DNA of 45,248 nt from Gemmatimonadota bacterium (GTDB taxonomy: Bacteria; Gemmatimonadota; Gemmatimonadetes; Longimicrobiales; RSA9), in the NCBI GenBank assembly GCA_040905425.1, contig JBBDRO010000036.1:1-45248 (forward strand), read 5' to 3'. Numbering within the stretch: the stretch's first letter is position 1; each line of letters begins with the position of its first letter. The notes below the pieces were generated by a model. It ran no database searches. It was given only the letters and a program-made list of their open reading frames with translations, and was not told where the DNA came from. This document shows, one piece after another, positions 1-8,198 of this stretch. A program made the position numbers and the translations under genes.

Positions 1-52
1 AGGGGACATTTCTATCCGTAGCTGGAGGGGACATTATCATCCGTAGACAACA
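1..52. mobile_element. Terminal inverted repeat of an insertion sequence (IS1202/ISNCY- or IS481-like); the element body lies left of the window
   Basis: Two 21-bp direct subrepeats with 25-bp period (aggggacatttctatccgtag 1-21; aggggacattatcatccgtag 26-46), ending in ACAACA at 47-52. Reverse complement reads TGTTGT...ATAATGTCCCC...AAATGTCCCC, a TGT terminus with repeated transposase-binding boxes. No transposase is visible in the window. Confidence 0.7.
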
Positions 53-125
53 GGGAGACGTGCCGGACGGCTCATCTCACCGGGCTCCTCTCCAGAATTC
101 TGAACCGCACGTCGGGTATGCGCCC

Positions 126-1247
126 TCAGCGTCCCCGGACCCCGAGGCGCCAAAGGTCCAGCACGATGATGCCGTCCTCCAGCTCGCGCACCCCCACCAC
201 GTGCTCACCGTCCATCAGGGAGGTCAGGAGCCGGGAGGTGCTGCCGCCAGTCGCCACCACCTGCCCGGCGTCCACGTTCACAAGCTCGAGCACGGGGTCC
301 AGGAGCTCGTTCATGTCCAGGACCGGCTCCTGGGTCATGGCCCCCGATTGAAAGGCCGCGAACAGGTCCCGCACGCTGGTCATGTTTACGCGCTGCGCCA
401 GCACCCAGACCTCACCCGCGGAAGTGGGCGCCGCGCCGAAGGTCATGGCCGTGGTGCGGGCCTCCTGAATGTGCTGCATGGCCTCCTGCTCGCTGGCCAG
501 CTCCAGAGAGGGAAACCAGTAGGCCTGCCGGTCGATGGTGCGGAGCCGGCTGCCGTCCGCGTCCAGCACGTCCAGCCTGTAGCGGGTGGCGTGCAGCGCC
601 ACCAGGCGACCGTCCGGCAGGGCCACCACACCGGACTGTCCGGTGGTAGGGTTGTCGTCCGTAGGCGGTGTCGAGAGCTCCAGGCGGTCCACCTCCGCGC
701 CGGTGGCGTCCAGCACCGGTGCGCCTCCACCGGCCATGCTCATGACCGCCACCGTGCCGTCGCTGCGCGGCAGGATGCCCATAGCGCCCTGGTCCGCCGT
801 CACGGACCGCACGATCCGCTGCTCCGGGTCCACCACCGTGATGCGGCCGCCCCCGCTGACCACCCACAGGGAGTCCCCCGGGCCCACCACCAGATTCTGG
901 ATGCCACGGAACTCCCCGGGGCCACCCCCTTCCGTGCCGAAGGCGCCGCGGAAGCGACCGTCCGGCCCGTACATGGAAATGGTGCCCGGGGTGTAGGTAG
1001 GCGCCACGAAATAGCGGCCGCGTGAGTCGCGGGCCACCCGGGACTCCGTGGTGGGACCGTGGACCCCTGCATCCCATCCCAGCGCCAGGGTCGGGGTGAG
1101 GGTGACCCGGCAGGCGGGGCAGGAGCGACCCGGGGCAACGCTCAGGGAATCCTGGGCGCCGGCCGGAGCTGGTCCCATTGCCAGGAGGAGCACCGCCCCA
1201 ACCACCACGGCAGCGGCCGCGCGAAACATCCTGTCAGGTGCGTTCAT
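126..1247 (-). CDS. Secreted 6-bladed beta-propeller (NHL/TolB-like) protein
   Basis: ATG at 1247 (MNAPDRMFRAAAAVVVGAVLLLAMGPAPAGAQ, signal peptide), CPAC motif, ARDSRGRYFV and GTEGGGPGEFRGI NHL-like blade motifs. The upstream extension of the listed ORF overlaps the ftsK fragment and is not credible. Confidence 0.75.
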   Translation of the reverse strand: MNAPDRMFRAAAAVVVGAVLLLAMGPAPAGAQDSLSVAPGRSCPACRVTLTPTLALGWDAGVHGPTTESRVARDSRGRYFVAPTYTPGTISMYGPDGRFRGAFGTEGGGPGEFRGIQNLVVGPGDSLWVVSGGGRITVVDPEQRIVRSVTADQGAMGILPRSDGTVAVMSMAGGGAPVLDATGAEVDRLELSTPPTDDNPTTGQSGVVALPDGRLVALHATRYRLDVLDADGSRLRTIDRQAYWFPSLELASEQEAMQHIQEARTTAMTFGAAPTSAGEVWVLAQRVNMTSVRDLFAAFQSGAMTQEPVLDMNELLDPVLELVNVDAGQVVATGGSTSRLLTSLMDGEHVVGVRELEDGIIVLDLWRLGVRGR

Positions 1248-1254
1248 GGCTCGC

Positions 1255-1282
1255 AGTACGGCGGTAGTGGCCCGGAGGTTTC
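1255..1282 (-). promoter_or_regulatory. Putative ECF-sigma promoter, leaderless, for the beta-propeller gene
   Basis: Minus strand GAAACC-N16-CGTACT, 7 nt before the ATG at 1247; AAC/CGT cores typical of ECF promoters; no SD. Confidence 0.4.
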
Positions 1283-1389
1283 TACGGCTCCTTCGTACCC
1301 CGATGGGATGAGAGGCGTGGCGCGCATGACTGGAAGTTACGGCCCCACGCGTGCCATGCCTCGTTGCCTTCCCAAGATGCCGCGAACCC

Positions 1390-2037
1390 CTACAACCCCT
1401 CCAACGGATCCTCACAGATATGATCCAATGACTCCATCCCCACCAGCACCTCGCGCGGCTTGGAGCCGTCCGGGGGGCCGAGGATGCCGGCGTGGTGGAG
1501 CTGGTCCATGATGCGGGCGGCGCGGCCGTAGCCGATGCGCATGCGCCGCTGCAGGCGGGAGGTGCTGCCCTGCTGTTGCTGGATGCACACCTCGGCGGCC
1601 TGGCGGAAGAGCTCGTCGCGCTCCTCGAAGGGGGCCAGGTCGTCGGCGGAGGCCTCGTCCGCCTCGCGCGAGCGCACCATCTCCAGGATGTCGTCCTCAC
1701 TGGGCGGGCGGCCCGTGCGGTCGGCGGCCTCCCGGTACCAGTTCATGAGGCGCTCGGTGTCCTCCGTGGAGATGTAGGCGCCCTGGATGCGCACCGGGTC
1801 GGACTGACCGGGGGGGAGGAAGAGCATGTCCCCGTTGCCGAGCAGGGCGTCGGCGCCGTTCTGGTCCAGGATGGTGCGGCTGTCCACCTTGCTGCTCACG
1901 CGGAAGCCGATGCGGCAGGGGAAGTTGGCCTTGATGAGGCCCGTGATGACGTTCACGCTGGGGCGCTGCGTGGCCACGATCAGGTGGATGCCGATGGCGC
2001 GCGCCTTCTGCGCCAGCTGCTCGATTGGGCGCTCCAC
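1390..2037 (-). pseudogene. ftsK: Second, 5'-truncated copy of ftsK (end of motor domain plus gamma domain, 215 codons, open frame)
   Basis: Near-identical to the last 215 aa of the full ftsK (ARAIGIHLIVATQRPSVNVITGLIKANFP...IGYGRAARIMDQL...DPLEGL*). Lacks TM segments and Walker A/B. Confidence 0.9.
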
Positions 2038-2050
2038 CGCCGCTCCGGAA

Positions 2051-2079
2051 CCGCGGAGAATTCTCCGTTAACTCCGCGG
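2051..2079. other. Nested palindrome/hairpin at the cassette-repeat junction (possible terminator or recombination scar)
   Basis: ccgcggag (2051-2058) pairs with ctccgcgg (2072-2079); overlapping perfect palindrome cggagaattctccg (2054-2067). Confidence 0.6.
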
Positions 2080-2129
2080 CACGCTGACGGTATCGAGGAA
2101 TGGATACGCATTCCCCGCCGCGCAGCACG

Positions 2130-2657
2130 CTATCTCAGGCGACCATGCCCCATGAGAAGCACCTCTTTACCAATCATCCTAATTGCGCCGTGCTGCCAAC
2201 CGAAGGAATACCTCCAGGCTTCGACGAACGTACCCTTCGTTTCAAGTGAATTTCTGCCGAAGAAGACGACATCAACGTCGTACCCCTCTTGTGTCGTCCT
2301 AGGATTACTAAAGGTCACATGAATGGTCGAAGGCGACTGTAGACAGGATGTACGACCGCTACGCCCGCCACATACCTCGGCACCAGGAATTTCCCTCAAT
2401 AGGGCGACTATGACCGGCGACTCTGGTGATTCCAACAGCGTGGCTGCTCGAACAAATCGAATCGGCTCGTCGGCGTTGAATCGCTCTTGAATCACGCGTG
2501 GATCCACGAGCGGCTTCCGTTCTGCATACGCATCCGGCAGTTGCTTCAGTACCGAATGGTAGATTCTCACCACGTCGCTAGCTCGGGCTGGTTCCTGTGC
2601 GGCCAAGCCGCCGAAGGTAAGCAGCACAAGCACGAGGGTTGTGATTGCGCGTAGCAT
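2130..2657 (-). CDS. Hypothetical secreted protein, 175 aa (lower-GC cassette)
   Basis: SD AAGGAGAG before ATG; signal peptide MLRAITTLVLVLLTFGGLAAQ; one Cys pair; atypical codon usage. Confidence 0.75.
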   Translation of the reverse strand: MLRAITTLVLVLLTFGGLAAQEPARASDVVRIYHSVLKQLPDAYAERKPLVDPRVIQERFNADEPIRFVRAATLLESPESPVIVALLREIPGAEVCGGRSGRTSCLQSPSTIHVTFSNPRTTQEGYDVDVVFFGRNSLETKGTFVEAWRYSFGWQHGAIRMIGKEVLLMGHGRLR

Positions 2658-2703
2658 TGGAAACTCTCCTTACGAGCAAGTCAGCGGACGTCAGATCGCC
2701 GCG

Positions 2704-3195
2704 CTATTCCGCGTAGCTGCCGCACGACATTCCGATGAACTCAGCTTGGGACTCAGTCAGGTCGGTTACGCCATCGACCAGCCAGTCCTGATGATGTGCT
2801 TCTTCATGAATCGCAGTAGGGCCGAGATCCTCCAAGCCCTTGCTCGTAATTCGGGTGATGTTACCATATTCACCAGGCAATATGAAGCCGTAGGGATCGT
2901 CGGGGCCATCAGCAGTCCCGCCCCAACGAAAGCCGATATCAGTAGAAGGATGGTTATAGCGTGCAAGCGCATCATTCACGAGGTCCTCACACGACGAATT
3001 CGCAAAATGCGCAGCCAGGGCGTCTAGTTTCTGCTTAAGCCGCGTGCATTCATCATCTGGCAGGTCGCAGCTATAATAGTAAAATGATGGAGTACTGACG
3101 GGTGCGGTTGCGGTTAACCCGTCGTCAACTCCACACCCCCCGAGGACGCCCGCGCCAACGATAATGCCCACCAAGGGGGTGACAGCCAGTTTCAT
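2704..3195 (-). CDS. Hypothetical lipoprotein with HExxH zinc-metallopeptidase-like motif, 163 aa (lower-GC cassette)
   Basis: ATG at 3195 gives MKLAVTPLVGIIVGAGVLGGC (lipobox LGGC); TAIHEEAHH motif followed by ESQAE; four further Cys. Confidence 0.7.
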   Translation of the reverse strand: MKLAVTPLVGIIVGAGVLGGCGVDDGLTATAPVSTPSFYYYSCDLPDDECTRLKQKLDALAAHFANSSCEDLVNDALARYNHPSTDIGFRWGGTADGPDDPYGFILPGEYGNITRITSKGLEDLGPTAIHEEAHHQDWLVDGVTDLTESQAEFIGMSCGSYAE

Positions 3196-3238
3196 CTCGC
3201 TGCTCGCAAATGTGTGGGGAGCACAGACAACCATGATG

Positions 3239-3267
3239 AGTCTACCAAGATGGAGCAGCGAATGCAA
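3239..3267 (-). promoter_or_regulatory. Putative sigma70 promoter of the two-gene cassette
   Basis: Minus strand TTGCAT-N17-TAGACT with extended -10 TG, ~45 nt upstream of ATG 3195. Confidence 0.55.
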
Positions 3268-3394
3268 GCCTCTGACGCGTACCCAACGAGCGAGTACATG
3301 CGCGTGACAAGTCGTACCGAGAGTACTCATTCCAAACCAACCGCCAGGATCGGCGCAGGACGCTACAGCATCGGCGCCTCCAATTCGCAGGACC

Positions 3395-5656
3395 CTACAA
3401 CCCCTCCAACGGATCCTCACAGATATGGTCCAACGACTCCATCCCCACCAGCACCTCGCGCGGCTTGGAGCCGTCGGGCGGGCCCAGGACGCCGGCGTGG
3501 TGGAGCTGGTCCATGATGCGGGCGGCGCGGCCGTAGCCTATGCGCATGCGACGCTGCAGGAGGGAGGTGCTGCCCTGCTGCTGCTGGATGCACACCTCCG
3601 CGGCCTGGCGGAAGAGCTCGTCGCGCTCCTCGAAGGGGGCCAGGTCGTCGGCGGAGGCCTCGTCCGCCTCGCGCGAGCGCACCATCTCGAGGATGTCGTC
3701 CTCGCTCGGCGGGCGGCCCGTGCGGTCGGCGGCCTCGCGGTACCAGTTCATGAGCCGCTCGGTGTCCTCCGTGGAGATGTAGGCGCCCTGGATGCGCACG
3801 GGGTCGGACTGGCCGGGCGGCAGGAAGAGCATGTCCCCGTTGCCGAGCAGGGCATCGGCGCCGTTCTGGTCCAGGATGGTGCGGCTGTCCACCTTGCTGC
3901 TCACCCGGAAGCCGATGCGGCAGGGGAAGTTGGCCTTGATCAGCCCGGTGATGACGTTCACGCTGGGGCGCTGCGTGGCCACGATCAGGTGCATGCCGAT
4001 GGCGCGCGCCTTCTGGGCCAGTTGCGCGAGCGGCCGCTCCACCTCCGCCTGCACGGTCATCATGAGGTCGGCCAGCTCGTCCACCACCACCACGATGTAG
4101 GGCAGCGGGCCCTCGGTGTAGGCCCAGCGGTCGGGGTCGTTCTCCGAGCCGCTGGGGAAGGCGCGCCGGAGCTCCTGCCCCGACTCCGCGCGGCGGTTGA
4201 ACTCGGCCAGCGAACGGGCGCCGTTCTCCGAGAGCAGCGTGTAGCGCCGCTCCATCTCCATGACCGCCCACTTCAGGATGGTGGCGGCGTCCTGCGGGTC
4301 CGTGACCACCGGATGGCGCAGGTGCGGCAGGTCCCCGTACATGGAGAGCTCCACCATCTTCGGGTCCACCATGAGCAGGCGCATCTGCCGCGGCGAGTGC
4401 CGGTAGATGAGGCTGGTGATGATGGTGTTGATGCACACGCTCTTGCCCGAGCCCGTGGCGCCGGCAATGAGCAGGTGCGGCATGCGCGCCAGGTCCGCCA
4501 CGTAGGGACGGCCCATGAGGTCCTTGCCGAGCGCCAGCGGCAGCGTGCCGCGCGCGCGCTGGAAGGCGGGCGCCTCCAGGATGTCCCGCAGGTGCACCAC
4601 CTCGGGGCTGGGGTTGGGCACCTCCACGCCCACGGCGCCCTTGCCGGGGATGGGCGCCACGATGCGGATGCTCGGGGCGCGGAGCGCCAGCGCCAGGTCC
4701 GCGTCCAGCGCGGCGATGCGGTTCACCTTCACGCCGGGCGCCGGCACCACCTCGAACTGCGTCACCACGGGGCCGGTGGTGCGCCCGCCGATCTCCCCCT
4801 CCACCTTGAAGGTCCTGAGCGTGGCGATGAGCGTCTCACCCAGGCGGTCCAGCTCCGCGGAGGAAAGGCTGTCCCCCGCGGGCGGCGGCGCGGAGAGCGC
4901 CTGCATGGGCGGCCGGTCCGCGGACTCCGGATCGCCGGAATCCACGAGCACCGGCGCGGAGCCGCCCACCGCCTTCTTCACGCGCTTCTTCACCTTTTCC
5001 ATGACAGGCCGCGGTCCCGCGTCCGCCTCCGGCGCTCTCTCCAGCTCCAATTGCGCCTCTTCCTCCCACGGGCTCGGCGGCAGCTCCTCGGCGTGCACGT
5101 CGCCCTCGTCCACGGCGTCACCGCCCGAGCCGAAGGCGCGCAGCGCGCCCCACCCTCCCCACGCCAGCCCGCCCTGGCTCCAGCCGATGGTGGCGATCAC
5201 CAGCCCCACCAGGAGCACCGTGAGCACGAAGCCCGCGCCCACGGGGCCGAGCAGCGCCACCAGCGGCAGGCCGATGGCGCGGCCCACGAAGCCGGTGGGC
5301 GAGGGCGGCAGCAGCATGCCCCCCTCGGCGGACGTCTCCGGAATCCAGAGGGCGGCGGCGGCGGGCAGCAGGAAGGCCAGGCCCAGCAGCAGCGCCACCC
5401 AGCGCGCGCCTTGGTCCGCGGGCACCCGCCCCCACGCCCAGCCGGCGCCCACCGCCAGCGCCACGGGGATGATGAGCATGCCGATGCCGAAGAGGCCCAG
5501 CCCCCAACGCGCCGTGAGCGCGCCCAGGGGGCCCATGACGTTGCCCGCGGGAAAGTGCCGCGCCACGTCGGCGGGCAGCAGGCTCAGCAGGACGAAGAGG
5601 GCCAGCGCCGCGGAGGCCAGGCCCAGGAGCTGTCGGCGCTGCCGTTCGGTGACCAT
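3395..5656 (-). CDS. ftsK: DNA translocase FtsK
   Basis: N-terminal TM helices from MVTERQRR, PHLLIAGATGSGKS Walker A, VVVVDELAD Walker B, ATQRPS, C-terminal gamma domain STSLLQRRMRIGYGRAARIMD. Confidence 0.97.
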   Translation of the reverse strand: MVTERQRRQLLGLASAALALFVLLSLLPADVARHFPAGNVMGPLGALTARWGLGLFGIGMLIIPVALAVGAGWAWGRVPADQGARWVALLLGLAFLLPAAAALWIPETSAEGGMLLPPSPTGFVGRAIGLPLVALLGPVGAGFVLTVLLVGLVIATIGWSQGGLAWGGWGALRAFGSGGDAVDEGDVHAEELPPSPWEEEAQLELERAPEADAGPRPVMEKVKKRVKKAVGGSAPVLVDSGDPESADRPPMQALSAPPPAGDSLSSAELDRLGETLIATLRTFKVEGEIGGRTTGPVVTQFEVVPAPGVKVNRIAALDADLALALRAPSIRIVAPIPGKGAVGVEVPNPSPEVVHLRDILEAPAFQRARGTLPLALGKDLMGRPYVADLARMPHLLIAGATGSGKSVCINTIITSLIYRHSPRQMRLLMVDPKMVELSMYGDLPHLRHPVVTDPQDAATILKWAVMEMERRYTLLSENGARSLAEFNRRAESGQELRRAFPSGSENDPDRWAYTEGPLPYIVVVVDELADLMMTVQAEVERPLAQLAQKARAIGMHLIVATQRPSVNVITGLIKANFPCRIGFRVSSKVDSRTILDQNGADALLGNGDMLFLPPGQSDPVRIQGAYISTEDTERLMNWYREAADRTGRPPSEDDILEMVRSREADEASADDLAPFEERDELFRQAAEVCIQQQQGSTSLLQRRMRIGYGRAARIMDQLHHAGVLGPPDGSKPREVLVGMESLDHICEDPLEGL

Positions 5657-5682
5657 GGATGCTGCTCGGTCGGGGTGGGGGC

Positions 5683-7053
<1,371 letters not shown>

Positions 7054-7095
7054 GGCTTCAGGCGTGGAGGCCGCGGAGAAGCGGAGGACGCTGCA

Positions 7096-7740
7096 TCACC
7101 CCTTGCCTCCCGTCGGCTCGACTCGGAACAGCACCTGGCCGAACTCCACCGGATCGGCGTTGTCCACCAGGATCTCGCGGATGACGCCGTCCACCTCGGA
7201 CTCCAGCTCGTTCATGAGCTTCATGGCCTCCAGGATGCACAGCGTCTGCCCCTTGGAGACCGCCGTGCCCAGCTCCACGTAGGACGGCGCCTCGGGGGCC
7301 GGCGCGCGGTAGAAGGTGCCCACCATGGGGGACTTGATGTCCACCAGGTTCGAGGCGGGCGCCTCCGCGGCCGGTGCCGCCCCGGCCGTCCCGGCCTCAT
7401 CGGTGCCCGCGGATCCGCTCGGGGCGGACGCGGGCGCGCTGGCCTGCTGCGCCGGTGCGGGCGCCTGCATCATGGCCATCGGCTGGCCGGCCGCCGCGGC
7501 AGGCGCGGGCGGGGGCGTCTTGGCAATGCGAATGCGCGTGCCCGCGCGATTCAGTTCGAGCGAGTCGATGCCGCTCTCGTCCACCGCGGCAATGAGGCCG
7601 CGCAGAAAATCCAGATCGATCATGCGCTCCAGCGCTCCGGCTCCATTTCCCGGGGCGGCAGCGGCCGCGGTGTCGGCCGTGCCGCGCTCCTTCTTCGTAC
7701 TCTTCTTCACCGCCGTCTTGCGGCCCTCGTCGCGCACCAT
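7096..7740 (-). CDS. accB: Biotin carboxyl carrier protein (alternative start at 7623)
   Basis: SPMVGTFY and EAMKLMNE biotinylation motif; Pro/Ala linker; SD GGGAGG before ATG 7740. Confidence 0.95.
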   Translation of the reverse strand: MVRDEGRKTAVKKSTKKERGTADTAAAAAPGNGAGALERMIDLDFLRGLIAAVDESGIDSLELNRAGTRIRIAKTPPPAPAAAAGQPMAMMQAPAPAQQASAPASAPSGSAGTDEAGTAGAAPAAEAPASNLVDIKSPMVGTFYRAPAPEAPSYVELGTAVSKGQTLCILEAMKLMNELESEVDGVIREILVDNADPVEFGQVLFRVEPTGGKG

Positions 7741-7751
7741 GGCGCCTCCCT

Positions 7752-8198
7752 TCAGTGCCCGCCCCGGGCGGCCAGCTGCCGCGCCAGACCCCTGAGGCCG
7801 AGGAGATAACTGTCGGCGCCGAAGCCCACGACCACCCCCGCCGCGCGCGGGGCCAGCAGCGACTCCCGCCGGAAGCTCTCCCGGGCATGGATGTTGGAGA
7901 GGTGCACCTCCACATAGGGGCGGCCCACGCCCACCAGCGCATCCAGCAGCGCCACGCTCGTATGGGTCAGCGCGGCGGCGTTCACCAGAAACCCGTCCAC
8001 CCTGGACGCTGCCTCCTGCACATAGTCTACCAGCGCGCCCTCGCCGTTGGCCTGAAAGGTCTCCAACTCCACGTCCAGCGTGCCGGCTTCCTCGCGCAGC
8101 GTCCGGTCGATGGCCTCCAGCGTGTCCCGCCCGTAGACCTCTGGTTCACGGTGCCCCAACAGGTTCAGGTTGGGGCCGTGCAGCACGGCGATCCTCAC
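7752..8198 (-). CDS. aroQ: Type II 3-dehydroquinate dehydratase
   Basis: [38 protein letters not shown]. Confidence 0.96.
   Translation of the reverse strand: MRIAVLHGPNLNLLGHREPEVYGRDTLEAIDRTLREEAGTLDVELETFQANGEGALVDYVQEAASRVDGFLVNAAALTHTSVALLDALVGVGRPYVEVHLSNIHARESFRRESLLAPRAAGVVVGFGADSYLLGLRGLARQLAARGGH

Larger units (their letters stand above)
1390..4048. repeat. ~650-bp imperfect direct repeat (1390-2043 and 3395-4048) of the ftsK 3' end
   Basis: Manual alignment at offset 2005, no indels, about 33 substitutions (~95% identity). Confidence 0.95.

Noticed and set aside
1..52. Direct repeats as a CRISPR array
   Set aside because: Only 4 nt separate the two 21-bp units, so there is no spacer; no cas genes; fits an IS end better.
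2044..2129. Integron attC site after the cassette genes
   Set aside because: No clean RYYYAAC...GTTRRRY pair enclosing one long imperfect stem, and no integron integrase in the window.
53..3394. dif/XerCD site near ftsK or the IS end
   Set aside because: No 28-bp sequence resembling the XerC/XerD arms was found by eye.
2641..3516. Plus-strand ORFs 2641-3027 and 3214-3516 in the cassette
   Set aside because: They overlap minus-strand genes that have signal peptides, SD or promoter support; no features of their own.
1390..4048. Diversity-generating retroelement TR/VR pair
   Set aside because: Mismatches are mostly C/G swaps at third codon positions, not adenine-specific, and no reverse transcriptase is present.
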